A stretch of DNA of 64,000 nucleotides from contig JAUIBD010000001.1 in assembly GCA_030427525.1 (NCBI GenBank), positions 18,628-82,627 on the forward strand, in the 5' to 3' direction. Positions 19,549 to 29,873 of the stretch are shown here, piece by piece (position 1 is the first letter of the stretch; each line of letters opens with the position of its first letter). The notes under the pieces are model-generated. The model was not told the DNA's origin. It was given only the letters and a program-made list of their open reading frames with translations, and did no database searches. This stretch comes from a bacterium. Lineage in GTDB: Bacteria; Patescibacteriota; Saccharimonadia; Saccharimonadales; Saccharimonadaceae. A program made the translations under genes and the position numbers.

Positions 19549-21726
19549 CTATACTCGACTTAGGTGTGCGTATTCTATGTTTAGTTTCTTGGTTTGACCA
19601 TTTTCAAAGCGAATTGTAACCGCAAGCCCATCTACATCTATAATCTCGCCTTTACCAAACTGTGCAGAACGCACCGTCTCGCCAACTTCGAACATTTCTT
19701 GAAAATATTCTTCATCAGCGTACGAAGCCCTCTGTCGCTCAGTTTGCATTGCTTCTTTACCAATGTCGTCGAGAAATCGTGATGGCATATTGTAGCCACG
19801 CTGACCAAACTGCAAACGACTCGCAGCATAGGTCAGATGCAATTCTTCACGTGCTCGAGTCATGCCGACATAGCATAACCGCCGCTCTTCCTCGAGCTCG
19901 CTCGGTCCTGCTTCATGAATACGTGAATGGGGAAAAATTCCTTCTTCCATACCTGCTATTATCACGACAGGAAATTCTAGTCCTTTTGCAGCATGCAGGG
20001 TCATTAATGTCACGCTAGCCCCTTTTGCCGTTTCATCTACGCTCGACATCAGCGCAGCCTCTGCCAAAAAATCCTCCAAACTGGCGAATGCTTTCGCATC
20101 TGAAATTAGCGAGCTAATGTTTTCTTCACGCTCCTCTGCTTGTGGCGATCCGTCTCGTAAATAATCTAGATAGCGCGTACCTCTTACCACCTCGTCAGCT
20201 ATCGTACTCGGCTCAACATCTTGTTCTACCATTTGGTGCAGTCTACCTAACATCTGGCCTATTGCACCTAAGGCCTTTTTGGCACGTGGCGTTAACCCAT
20301 CAGCTTGGTCTACTATACACAAACTTTCGATAATATCGCGACCCGTGTTCGCCTGCCATATCAAAAATCGTTCAATACTCGTTGGCCCTATACCGCGCGT
20401 TGGCACATTGGCGATTCTACTAAAACTCATACGGTCGTTCGGCTGATACAGCAAACGTAAATATGCCAATATATCTTTTATTTCCTTGCGATCGTAAAAT
20501 CGAACACCGCCAACAATGTGATACGGGATGTGCAACATCAGCAACGCTCGTTCTAGCGCGTAGCTTTGTGCATTCGTGCGGTACAACAAGGCAAAGTCAG
20601 ATGGCGTGCGACCTGCTGTGTTTATTTGTGAAGCAATACGACTCGTTATTGCATTTGCTTCTTCTACTTCGTCGTAGAATTGATGAATTTGGACTGGTGA
20701 GCCTTCGCCCTCAGCTGTCCACAGTTTTTTATCAGTACGCTCTTTGTTTTTCGAAATGACATTCTGGGCAGCTGTTAGTATCGCACCTGTGCTGCGATAA
20801 TTTTGCTCGAGTTTAGTGACTGTTGCTCCGGGGAAATCTCGCTCAAAGTTCAAAATATTTGTAAAGTCCGCCCCTCGCCAGCTGTATATTGATTGCCAAT
20901 CATCTCCCACCACGCAAATATTTTTTTGCTGGTTTACCAAACTTTTCACAATCGTATACTGAGCTGCGTTGGTATCTTGGTACTCGTCAATCAGGATGTA
21001 TTTAAAGTTGTCTTGCCATTTTTTACGCACTTCTGGTGCTTGTTTAAACAAACGCACGGTTTCCAGTAGTAAATCATCAAAGTCGAGCGCGCCCGCCTTT
21101 TTTCGCTGTTTTTCATACTCAACGTACAGCTTTGCAACAGCCTGTTGAAAGGGGTATTTTGCAGTACTACTAAATTCCTCTGGCGAAATCATTTGGTTTT
21201 TAGCATTCGATATTGTTGCACTAACAGCTCGTGGTTTTATAGAGCTGTCGGCTATACCCAGAGATTTCATGGCTTGTTTTATCAGACTCTGGCGATCGTC
21301 TTCATCGTAAATAACAAAGTTTTTTGGCACATCAATTACTTGACCGTCTTGTCGAAGCAAGCGAACACAGATGCCATGAAAGGTTCCCATCCATGGCATA
21401 AAATTCCTAGGAGGGGCCTGCCCCTCCGCTGGCGATCCAGAAGTGAATTCCGTATCGCGCTCCTCCCCCTGAAGCCGGCGCGATGCACCGTTGCCTTCAG
21501 CGGTTAACTGCCATAGTCGCTGACGCATTTCACCAGCAGCTTTGTTGGTAAACGTCACCGCCAGGATTTGATTTGGCCACACACCTTTTTCTTTCAGTAA
21601 ATAGGCAATTCGATGCGTCAGCGTTTTTGTCTTGCCACTACCCGCGCCTGCCAATATCAGCAACGGACCGTCATCTGCAGTCACCGCTCTTTTCTGAGCG
21701 TCATTTAATCCCTCTAATATGTCCAT
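19549..21726 (-). CDS. pcrA: ATP-dependent DNA helicase PcrA/UvrD
   Basis: LNDAQKRAV, Walker A AGAGSGKTKTLT, DEYQDTN, and VTLMTLHAAKGLEF. Confidence 0.9.
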   Translation of the reverse strand: MDILEGLNDAQKRAVTADDGPLLILAGAGSGKTKTLTHRIAYLLKEKGVWPNQILAVTFTNKAAGEMRQRLWQLTAEGNGASRRLQGEERDTEFTSGSPAEGQAPPRNFMPWMGTFHGICVRLLRQDGQVIDVPKNFVIYDEDDRQSLIKQAMKSLGIADSSIKPRAVSATISNAKNQMISPEEFSSTAKYPFQQAVAKLYVEYEKQRKKAGALDFDDLLLETVRLFKQAPEVRKKWQDNFKYILIDEYQDTNAAQYTIVKSLVNQQKNICVVGDDWQSIYSWRGADFTNILNFERDFPGATVTKLEQNYRSTGAILTAAQNVISKNKERTDKKLWTAEGEGSPVQIHQFYDEVEEANAITSRIASQINTAGRTPSDFALLYRTNAQSYALERALLMLHIPYHIVGGVRFYDRKEIKDILAYLRLLYQPNDRMSFSRIANVPTRGIGPTSIERFLIWQANTGRDIIESLCIVDQADGLTPRAKKALGAIGQMLGRLHQMVEQDVEPSTIADEVVRGTRYLDYLRDGSPQAEEREENISSLISDAKAFASLEDFLAEAALMSSVDETAKGASVTLMTLHAAKGLEFPVVIIAGMEEGIFPHSRIHEAGPSELEEERRLCYVGMTRAREELHLTYAASRLQFGQRGYNMPSRFLDDIGKEAMQTERQRASYADEEYFQEMFEVGETVRSAQFGKGEIIDVDGLAVTIRFENGQTKKLNIEYAHLSRV

Positions 21727-21753
21727 TACTATCTAGTATAGCGAAAATGCTGA

Positions 21754-22785
21754 CTAGATGATATTCATCAAGTAAAGTGCAACGGCCCCACCGGCACCGA
21801 GTGACAGCAAGATAAATATCCATAGCACCCAAAGCCAGCCAGATTTTTTCTTGACCTTCTTATTAGTTGGGTACGGTTGTGTATCGTAAATTGCTGCATG
21901 ACTTTCGTCACCAGTACTTTGTTCTTCCTTGTATTGCTGGTTTATTGCACCGGCCTCCATGCCTGCATTCGACTGCGTATCGTTCTCAAGATTGTCGTGT
22001 TCGCCTGCCTCTACCGCTACCACATCTGCCTTTAGCTCAGCCTGTGTTGGTTCAGCGGGTAGCTGACTTGGCTCTTCGATTGTTTCGTCCTCGGCTGACG
22101 CTTCCACACCATCATCTTTTTCATCCGATGGCGCGTCTTCTTCTAGTACTTCACCGCCAAGTGGACGTTTTTCAACTTTCGCGTCTGAAAGAAATGGTGA
22201 TTCGCTGCCTAAGTTGTCTGTAGATTCGGGCGTTGAATCTGCCGAGGCTTTGGGAATTGACGTCTCTTCAGGCGTTGGTTCTGCAACAGCTTCTACCATT
22301 GCTTCACTTTCAGGTTGCTTTGCCATATCAATTGGGTCTGGCATCGTATGTGCATCAGCTGGTTTCGGTGTTGGCTCAACTTCCTCAGGTTCTTTGGCTG
22401 GTGAGTCTGAAGTTTCCGCAGCATCCGTCGGTGGTGCAATTGAAGCACCAACACGTGAAACTGGGCCCGCTGGTCGAGCACCAGCAGACGATGGCATGAC
22501 ATCCATAAACTTACCACCTCGGCGTTTAGCTGGTGCGGCTGTTTTTGGCTTTGGTGTGGTTGAAGCTACCGAAACGGCGACTGGCTCGGCAACGGTTTCA
22601 GCAGCTGGTTCTGGTATTGATTCTTTCGATTGGTCCACTGGCGTTTCAGCCGTTGCTGGTTGTGGTGTATCTGCCACTGCTTCTTTTGCTTCTGGCGCGG
22701 CAGCGGGTTCAGTGGTTTTTTCAGCACTAGCACTCATCAACGAGTTTACTGCTTTGTCTAGTTCGTCGAAGTCGATGTCTTTCAT
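21754..22785 (-). CDS. Hypothetical acidic low-complexity protein with a C-terminal TM anchor (343 aa)
   Basis: The body is rich in E, P, A and T, and the protein ends in KKKSGWLWVLWIFILLSLGAGGAVALYLMNII. An ATGA overlap links it to the tpiA stop at 22782-22785. Confidence 0.55.
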   Translation of the reverse strand: MKDIDFDELDKAVNSLMSASAEKTTEPAAAPEAKEAVADTPQPATAETPVDQSKESIPEPAAETVAEPVAVSVASTTPKPKTAAPAKRRGGKFMDVMPSSAGARPAGPVSRVGASIAPPTDAAETSDSPAKEPEEVEPTPKPADAHTMPDPIDMAKQPESEAMVEAVAEPTPEETSIPKASADSTPESTDNLGSESPFLSDAKVEKRPLGGEVLEEDAPSDEKDDGVEASAEDETIEEPSQLPAEPTQAELKADVVAVEAGEHDNLENDTQSNAGMEAGAINQQYKEEQSTGDESHAAIYDTQPYPTNKKVKKKSGWLWVLWIFILLSLGAGGAVALYLMNII

Positions 22786-23558
22786 GCTTTTTTACCTTTC
22801 CCTGCCTTATGTGCTGCTTCTATGATTTCTGTGAATTCTTCTTTCTTTAGACTTGCGCCACCAGGTAGTAATCCATCAACTCCAGGTGTGCGCAGGTAAC
22901 TTCCGGCCGATGCGCCCGACACACTGCCGCCATAGATGACACGAAGATCACTCGCTTTCTTGCCATACAAATGCTCAATTTGCCTGCGAATTGAGGCGAC
23001 AGCTGCTTCTACGTCATGTGGTGCGGCATTATTGCCTGTGCCAATTGCCCAAACCGGTTCGTAGGCTATCACAATAGCTTCGACTTCTTCAGAAGTTAAG
23101 TTAGCGAGACCACCTATCAATTGGTCATGTAGTACTGCGTCAGTTTCATTTTCGCTTCGTTCATGCGCAGTTTCGCCTACACATAAAATTGGCGTAATAC
23201 CGTTACGTACAGCTGCTTGCATCTTGGCGCGGATATCTTTGTCACCTTCGTGAAATACGTGGCGTCGCTCAGAGTGACCCACCAGCGCATATTTCACCAA
23301 ACCGTGTAGTTGATGTGCTGATACTTCACCAGTAAATGCACCTTCGTCTCGCCAATAAAAATTCTGAGCGGCCAGTTTGAACTTCTTGTGATCTATTTGC
23401 AAGGCTAGGGTAGGTAAAGCAAGCATACCCGGTGCCAACACAACTTCAACGTTGCGATGAGTCGTTAGTTCCTTCTCGAGAGTATGGACATATAAACTGG
23501 CCTCATGCACGGTGAGATTCATCTTCCAGTTACCAACAATCAGTTTTTTATCCGACAC
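22782..23558 (-). CDS. tpiA: Triosephosphate isomerase
   Basis: VGNWKMN, VGHSERR and AYEPVWAIGTG motifs, with a GTG start. Confidence 0.9.
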   Translation of the reverse strand: MSDKKLIVGNWKMNLTVHEASLYVHTLEKELTTHRNVEVVLAPGMLALPTLALQIDHKKFKLAAQNFYWRDEGAFTGEVSAHQLHGLVKYALVGHSERRHVFHEGDKDIRAKMQAAVRNGITPILCVGETAHERSENETDAVLHDQLIGGLANLTSEEVEAIVIAYEPVWAIGTGNNAAPHDVEAAVASIRRQIEHLYGKKASDLRVIYGGSVSGASAGSYLRTPGVDGLLPGGASLKKEEFTEIIEAAHKAGKGKKA

Positions 23559-23608
23559 CCTAGTTACTGCTTACGCTTTTATTGTCTCTAGTGTACCACT
23601 TGTCATAC

Positions 23609-24826
23609 TTAGGCGTCTAGTAAATGTTCAATTCCGGGGAGTTTTTCCCCAGCCATTAGCTGCAAGCTGGCGCCACCACCAGTAGACACATGGTTAAAGC
23701 TGTCGCCTTTTTTCTTGTCCCAATGCAACACAAAATCAGCCGTGTCGCCACCACCAACAATTGAATCTTGGCCGTGGCTTGTCATGGCCTCTGCTAGTAC
23801 CTCTGAACCTTTGGCAAAGGCTGATGCTTCAGCATACCCCAATGTGCCGTTCCATACTACTGTTTTTGCATGTGCCACAATGTCTGCAAATTTTTCAGCG
23901 GTTGCGTCACCAATATCTAAACACATATCGTCTGCGCTAATATCTGCCAACATCACACTCTTTCTATGCTTTGTTTCGTCGGGTAATTTCCCTACCGCTA
24001 CGTCCATTGGCAGCACCAGAAATTCATCAACGTTTTCTTTGCCCACCTTCTTTTCGGCGTCCGCATAAATTTTATCGAGCGTCTCGGTTTGGTCGCTTTC
24101 GACTTTGCTTGCGCCTACGTTTACCCCTTTGTAGGCCAGAAATGTGTTGGCCATTGCCCCACCTATTACTATGCGATCGGCTACTTTTACAAATTCGTCT
24201 ATCACGGCTATTTTATCGCTTACCTTCGCGCCGCCCATTACTGCTACTAGCGGGCGTTCTGGGTGCTTCATCGCGCTGGAAATACTAGTATATTCTTTCT
24301 CTAGCAGCAGCCCGGCCACGCTCGGTAAGCACAATGTAATCGCCGCCATGCTAGCGTCTTCGCGGTGTGCGTTGCCAAAGGCGTCTTGCACAAAATACTG
24401 GGCACCACTGTCTTTGGCCAGTTGCTTGGCAAATTCTTCGCTATTCTTCTTTTCACCTTCGTTGAAACGCAGATTTTCAATCACTGTTACGCTGCGTTTT
24501 GGCGCGCGCTTTATAGCCATGCGTACTTTTTCGCCAGTGGTTTTGTCAACAAATCGCACAGGCTCGCCTAGCAGTTCCGCTAGTCGCTGGGCTGCAGGTT
24601 CCAGGCTAAATTTTGGGTCGATACCTTCTGGTCGACCTAGGTGTGCCATTAGCACCAGCTTGCAGCCATCTTTTAGCAAATGCTTGATAGTGGGCAGACT
24701 GGCTCGAATACGAAAATCATCGCCTACCTTGCCATCATCGGTCAGCGGGACGTTGTAATCTACGCGCACCAGCACAGTTTTACCTGCTATTGGCACGTCA
24801 CGGATTGTTCGTTTATAGAATTTCAT
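23609..24826 (-). CDS. pgk: Phosphoglycerate kinase
   Basis: VLVRVDYNVP, the MAHLGRP region and GGGDT. I prefer the ATG at 24826 (MKFYKRTIRD). The ORF track starts 9 nt further upstream at 24835. Confidence 0.9.
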   Translation of the reverse strand: MKFYKRTIRDVPIAGKTVLVRVDYNVPLTDDGKVGDDFRIRASLPTIKHLLKDGCKLVLMAHLGRPEGIDPKFSLEPAAQRLAELLGEPVRFVDKTTGEKVRMAIKRAPKRSVTVIENLRFNEGEKKNSEEFAKQLAKDSGAQYFVQDAFGNAHREDASMAAITLCLPSVAGLLLEKEYTSISSAMKHPERPLVAVMGGAKVSDKIAVIDEFVKVADRIVIGGAMANTFLAYKGVNVGASKVESDQTETLDKIYADAEKKVGKENVDEFLVLPMDVAVGKLPDETKHRKSVMLADISADDMCLDIGDATAEKFADIVAHAKTVVWNGTLGYAEASAFAKGSEVLAEAMTSHGQDSIVGGGDTADFVLHWDKKKGDSFNHVSTGGGASLQLMAGEKLPGIEHLLDA

Positions 24827-24842
24827 CCCACCCATTTCCTGT

Positions 24843-26273
24843 TTATTCTAGCACGCGCACGCGAATCGTATCGGTACCACCAATCAGGCCTGGCTGTTTA
24901 CCACTTACAATCACTATCGTAATTGGCTCTTCTGTACCGAAAAATTGATCTTCGCGAAGTTCACGCACGAGAGTCAGGCCAGCTTTTTCACCGTCTGGGC
25001 GAATAAAGCTTTTATTTGCGTAGGTAAGGGCAAGTTGTTGAGCCGCTCGGGGCGAGCTCGAAACACTAATAATCGGTAGGTTAGGGCGGTACGCGGCAAT
25101 GTCCTCGGCTGTCGCGCCAGATTTGGTTTCGGCCACAATTGCCACCGCGTTCACTTGCTCTGCTAGCTTTACTGCTGCTGCGCTAATGGCAGTGCGCGGG
25201 TGTGCATCTTGCTCGGTCAGCACATCTGGAATGGGCGCAGGTGGCGCGTTTTCCTGTGTATACAAAATCACTTTCTTCATAGCGGCAATTGCAAATAGCG
25301 GGTGATCGCCCATGGCTGTTTCGTCTGAAAGCATGACAGCATCAGCGCCAAGTATGACTGCGCTGGCGATATCGTTTACCTCTGCCCTTGTTGGTTCTGG
25401 GTTACTTACCATGCTCGCCATCATCTGCGTCGCTACAATGCTTAGTTTGCCATGCTTTCGACACAGCGCAATTATACGTCGCTGAATAATCGGCACTACT
25501 TCGGCACCTGCCTCAACAGCTAGGTCACCACGTGCAACCATTACACCATCACTTGCTTTCACAATTTTTTCGAGGTTGTCTGGCTGAATGGCTGCTTTTG
25601 TCTCTATCTTAGCAATAATATGCGCCGATGAACCACCAGCCACCAATGTCTGACGCAAACTATGAATATCTTCTGCGGTCTGTACGAAACTCAGCGCCAC
25701 ATAGTCGATGTCTTTATCAAGGCCATATTCTATGTCGGCTGTGTCTTTTTCGGTAATGATGTCGCCTTCAAAATTGGTGTCGGGCAGGTTGATTCCTTTT
25801 CGGCTCATTAGCACTCCGTCGTTTTCTACCTTCACGCGTATCGCGGTTTCAGATACGACTTCCTCAACAATGGTGCGTACTTTTCCATCGAAAATATACA
25901 AAGGTTCGCCTGGATTCACTTTTTCAGCCAGGTTGTACTGAATGGGAATGGTAAAATCTCCGGCGTGTTCCTGTAGCGCAGCGTCAAGCACCAGCATGTC
26001 GCCTGTTTTTACATCCAGTTTGTCGACTGAAAGGTTACCAAGCCGAATTTTTGGCCCTTGCAAGTCTTGCAAGATTGCTACTGGTTTGCCCACTTTTTTA
26101 CTTGCATCACGGATCCACGCAATATGTTGGTCGGCGGCTTCAAATTTTTCGTGGCTAAAATTAAGGCGAAAGCCATTTACGCCTGCTTTGGCCATTGCTT
26201 CTATTTTTTTGTAACTGTCGACAGCTGGCCCAACCGTCGCCAAAATCTTGGTACGTTTAAAGATTACACTCAT
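24843..26273 (-). CDS. pyk: Pyruvate kinase
   Basis: TKILATVGPA, MVARGDLAVE and a typical length of 476 aa. Confidence 0.9.
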   Translation of the reverse strand: MSVIFKRTKILATVGPAVDSYKKIEAMAKAGVNGFRLNFSHEKFEAADQHIAWIRDASKKVGKPVAILQDLQGPKIRLGNLSVDKLDVKTGDMLVLDAALQEHAGDFTIPIQYNLAEKVNPGEPLYIFDGKVRTIVEEVVSETAIRVKVENDGVLMSRKGINLPDTNFEGDIITEKDTADIEYGLDKDIDYVALSFVQTAEDIHSLRQTLVAGGSSAHIIAKIETKAAIQPDNLEKIVKASDGVMVARGDLAVEAGAEVVPIIQRRIIALCRKHGKLSIVATQMMASMVSNPEPTRAEVNDIASAVILGADAVMLSDETAMGDHPLFAIAAMKKVILYTQENAPPAPIPDVLTEQDAHPRTAISAAAVKLAEQVNAVAIVAETKSGATAEDIAAYRPNLPIISVSSSPRAAQQLALTYANKSFIRPDGEKAGLTLVRELREDQFFGTEEPITIVIVSGKQPGLIGGTDTIRVRVLE

Positions 26274-26292
26274 TATGTTCTATTGTAACAAA

Positions 26293-27255
26293 CTACCCAC
26301 TAAAACTCTTGCGGTAATCCCACCTGCCCGAACCTTCTGTTTTGTAGGTCCAGTAGCACTGAGCAATCGCCCCGTCATAGGCATTCACTTGTGTGGTTGC
26401 AAACTCGGCTGTGCGCTCTATCGATACGCCGTAGGGCAACACCGCACTCCATTCACCAATCATCACCGGTTGAAATACTGAAAGTGCCTTCACTAGCCAG
26501 CGGCTGTATTTAGCGATGCGCATGTGCTGCTTCAGTGAGCGTTGTTTGTTGCGCTTACCAAATACGTAGTAAATATGCGTGTCCATAACCACAGGAAAGT
26601 CAGGGTGGGCGAACCAGCCAACTGTATTTGCCATCAATAATGGGTTTAATCCGTCGGAAAATACTATATGCATGTTTGGCCTGGCTACTTTTGTCAGACT
26701 TTTGTAGGCACGACGATAAAAGCGCGCGAGCCGTAGACCTGCCTTGCCTGTGCTTGGTTCGTTTAGCATTTCTATGCCCCACAGCGCTTCATCGTTGTAG
26801 TAACGTTTGGCAAGTGTTTCAAGCAGTTCAATTGTTTTTGTTTGGTTGTGCCTATCGTTCAGCCACTCACCTTTTGAAAGGATTCCCCCATTGTGCTGTT
26901 TATCATTCTGTGCTCCTGGTGCACCGTGCAGGTCTATTAACACTTTCATGCCATAGCGATGCGCCATATCCATCAGCCAGTCGAGTCGTTCTATTGACCC
27001 TACGAATTCTGGGTCTTCGCCTAAAATCCAATAGCCTATTGGTACACGTAATAGTTCAAAATCGTTATCGGCCAGCCACGCTATGTCTTTTTCAGTGATA
27101 AATGTTTTGTGATGTTTGCGAATGCGGGTTTTGCCGCCTTTTTCAGCAGTCAGGCCACGTTCTGTCATTGCTGTCGTACCCTGAAAGAGTGTTGGGGTAA
27201 TCCACCGCTCCAACACAAGCCACCCGCCAAGGTTAATGCCCTTTAGCGCTGTCAT
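26293..27255 (-). CDS. Glycoside hydrolase family 5 (exo-beta-1,3-glucanase-like), no signal peptide
   Basis: GINLGGWLVLERWITPTLF, the acid/base motif IEMLNEP and the nucleophile region VMIGEWS. Confidence 0.7.
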   Translation of the reverse strand: MTALKGINLGGWLVLERWITPTLFQGTTAMTERGLTAEKGGKTRIRKHHKTFITEKDIAWLADNDFELLRVPIGYWILGEDPEFVGSIERLDWLMDMAHRYGMKVLIDLHGAPGAQNDKQHNGGILSKGEWLNDRHNQTKTIELLETLAKRYYNDEALWGIEMLNEPSTGKAGLRLARFYRRAYKSLTKVARPNMHIVFSDGLNPLLMANTVGWFAHPDFPVVMDTHIYYVFGKRNKQRSLKQHMRIAKYSRWLVKALSVFQPVMIGEWSAVLPYGVSIERTAEFATTQVNAYDGAIAQCYWTYKTEGSGRWDYRKSFSG

Positions 27256-27270
27256 AGTCTTAGTATACGC

Positions 27271-27978
27271 CTAGCTGATGGTTGTCCCAAATAGAACACC
27301 TACATAATAGGTCACTATCATGGCCGCCAAACCGCCACCTACTACGCGGAGCACGGCGCGAATGCGTGATGCACCACCTACCGTTGCACTCAGATAGCCG
27401 GTCAAAATCAAAGCAATCAGCACGGCAACAATAGTTACCGGTATACGCCAACTTTCCGGTGAAAAAATAATTGCCAGAAACGGCACCAAACCACCAGCAG
27501 TAAATGCCAGCAGTGATGCGACGGCAGCGTGCATTGGGTTATTGATGTCATCTGGGTCGATATTGAAATGCATACGCAGGTGTGAACGCAGCGGGTTCTT
27601 TTCAGTCAGCTCTTTTGCTGCCTGTTTAGCCGTTTTTTCGCTCAAACCATGCTTCATATATTCGCGTGTTAGCTCTTCTAGCTCGCCTTCTGGGTCCATC
27701 TCTAGCTGCTTTTTCTCTTCATCAATGAATGTTTTTTCGGCGTCACTCTGGCTGCTTACACTCACGTACTCACCCACTGCCATACTCAGGGCACCAGCTA
27801 CCAATGCGGCTAGGCCAGCAGTGACGATTGCCTGGTGGTTACTAGTGGCACCGGCTACGCCCATCACCACGCTACCGGTACTCACAATACCGTCGTTGGC
27901 GCCCAGTACAGCCGCACGTAGTTTGTTCAAAAGGCCATTGTTCAAGTTGTCCGAGGGGACGTTGAATTCATTTTCCAT
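27271..27978 (-). CDS. VIT1/CCC1-family Fe/Mn transporter
   Basis: LRAAVLGANDGIVSTGSVVMGVAG and C-terminal TM helices. Confidence 0.75.
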   Translation of the reverse strand: MENEFNVPSDNLNNGLLNKLRAAVLGANDGIVSTGSVVMGVAGATSNHQAIVTAGLAALVAGALSMAVGEYVSVSSQSDAEKTFIDEEKKQLEMDPEGELEELTREYMKHGLSEKTAKQAAKELTEKNPLRSHLRMHFNIDPDDINNPMHAAVASLLAFTAGGLVPFLAIIFSPESWRIPVTIVAVLIALILTGYLSATVGGASRIRAVLRVVGGGLAAMIVTYYVGVLFGTTIS

Positions 27979-28010
27979 AGCTTTAGTATAGCAGTGTATA
28001 CTGGGAATAG

Positions 28011-28718
28011 ATGAACAATTCGGGGGTCGACACTACCATTTTTTTGTTTGATTTCGATAGCACATTCGTGACTGTCGAAGCATTGGATGAGCTGGCAAAT
28101 ATCGCGCTAGCCAATGCGCCCGACCGCGCCCAAAGCGTGGCGGCTATTGCTGAAATAACTGCTGATGGCATGGCCGGACTGATTGGTTTTGATGAATCAC
28201 TCGCCCGGCGCTTTGCACAAATTTCACCCAGCAAAGCACATTTTGATGCACTGGTTACTCTGCTAAAACATTCCGTCAGTCCATCGTTCGTAGCCAATAA
28301 AGATTTTTTCCAAAAAAACGCCGAGACTATTTACATTGTTTCTGGCGGGTTCAAAGATTTTATCGTACCTGTTGTAGCAGAGTTTGGCATCGACCCTTCG
28401 CATGTGCTGGCAAATGAATTCACATGGAGTTCTGAAGGGCAAACTATCACTGGCTACGACACAGCGAATCCCCTTGCGCACAACGGCGGCAAAATCAAGG
28501 CAATTCAGGCGCTGAATCTACCGAAAAACGCACACAAAATCATGATCGGCGATGGCATGACCGACTATGCTGTGCGCGGTGTGGGGGCTGTAAATGAATT
28601 TATTGCATATACCGATACCGTCAAACGAAAGCCGGTAATCGAGGTAGCAGACTTTGTAGCAACCTCAATTGACGACGTTTTGGCCCACACTATCCAGCCT
28701 AGGGCTATACAGCACTAG
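28011..28718 (+). CDS. HAD-superfamily phosphatase (phosphoserine phosphatase-like)
   Basis: Motif I FLFDFDSTF and motif IV IGDGMTDY. Confidence 0.7.
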   Translation: MNNSGVDTTIFLFDFDSTFVTVEALDELANIALANAPDRAQSVAAIAEITADGMAGLIGFDESLARRFAQISPSKAHFDALVTLLKHSVSPSFVANKDFFQKNAETIYIVSGGFKDFIVPVVAEFGIDPSHVLANEFTWSSEGQTITGYDTANPLAHNGGKIKAIQALNLPKNAHKIMIGDGMTDYAVRGVGAVNEFIAYTDTVKRKPVIEVADFVATSIDDVLAHTIQPRAIQH

Positions 28719-28742
28719 CGAAACTTTCTATACTGTAGGTAC

Positions 28743-29873
28743 ATGGTGGGATTTATTCTTGTGGTTAATGTCGGCTCATCTAGTTTGAAATATAGCTTGT
28801 TTGATGTGGACTCAAGCGAGTTTTACGCTGTTGCTGAACACGATATATCAACCAATGCACCAACCGAGCATATTCATCGACTAAAAGAGCTCATAGATTC
28901 TCAAGCGTCGGCCGAGAAGCCACTGCTGGCTGTTGGATATCGTATTGTTCATGGAGGTAAACGCCAGTTAAAGCATTGCCTTATTGATGATACGGTTGTC
29001 GCCGACTTAGAGGCAGCTGTTCCGCTAGATCCTGAACATCTCCCTGCACAGATTCGACTCGTAAAGCTACTACGTCGTCAATTTCATGATGCGTCGCATA
29101 TTGCTTGTTTTGATACCGCGTTTCATAGCACCATGCCCCGCGCAGCCAGTACTTTGGCGTTGCCAAAACGCCTCAGAAACAAGGGACTGCGGCGCTATGG
29201 ATTCCACGGACTATCGTATGAGTATGTCACAAATGCAATTCGCAACAATTTTCCGAACACACCTCACAGCAAGGTAGTCGTAGCGCACCTTGGCAGCGGT
29301 GCTAGCGTTGCAGCTATACGTGATGGGGTTTCAATAGATACTACCATGGGCCTTACTCCTGCAAGCGGCTTGCCTATGAGCACGCGCATCGGTGATATCG
29401 ACCCAAATCTTGTTAGCTTCCTGCAAAGCCACGAGCGACTTTCAACAAAAGAAACCGCGCGCCTGCTCAACTTTCAGTCTGGATTACTCGGGCTTGGTGG
29501 TAGCAAAGATATGAAAACCTTGATTGAACGCATGGATACAGATGAAGACGCATCAACTGCTGTAGAAGTCTTCGTGTATCAATTGGTTAAATCGATAGGT
29601 GCGTACACGGCCGTGCTGGGTGGACTCGACGCCCTGGTGTTCACTGGTGGTATTGGCGAACAAGCACCACGTATTCGTACTATGGTTGCCGAGGCACTAA
29701 GCTATACCGGAATCGTCATAGATACGAACGAAAACTTGGCAAATAAGCAGATCATTTCAACGCCAGGCAGCTCAGTCGCTGTGTATGTCGCCACAACCAA
29801 CGAAGGCACTCAGATTGCCAAGCATTGTATTCGAATACTACATACTAACAAACACGGAGACTTACATGAGTGA
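28743..29873 (+). CDS. ackA: Acetate kinase
   Basis: [28 protein letters not shown] and HLGSGASV. Confidence 0.9.
   Translation: MVGFILVVNVGSSSLKYSLFDVDSSEFYAVAEHDISTNAPTEHIHRLKELIDSQASAEKPLLAVGYRIVHGGKRQLKHCLIDDTVVADLEAAVPLDPEHLPAQIRLVKLLRRQFHDASHIACFDTAFHSTMPRAASTLALPKRLRNKGLRRYGFHGLSYEYVTNAIRNNFPNTPHSKVVVAHLGSGASVAAIRDGVSIDTTMGLTPASGLPMSTRIGDIDPNLVSFLQSHERLSTKETARLLNFQSGLLGLGGSKDMKTLIERMDTDEDASTAVEVFVYQLVKSIGAYTAVLGGLDALVFTGGIGEQAPRIRTMVAEALSYTGIVIDTNENLANKQIISTPGSSVAVYVATTNEGTQIAKHCIRILHTNKHGDLHE

Noticed and set aside
29785-29865. N-terminal extensions in the ORF track for xfp (29785), folD (48670), glyA (62341), murB (57455), the long adhesin (43448), ruvX (3857), cassette gene A (55104) and the HIT protein (52244).
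   Set aside because: The extensions overlap upstream genes, tRNA or terminator hairpins, or promoters, and they encode implausible Cys/Trp/Tyr-rich peptides. Internal ATGs coincide with conserved N-termini and with an SD or -10 signal.
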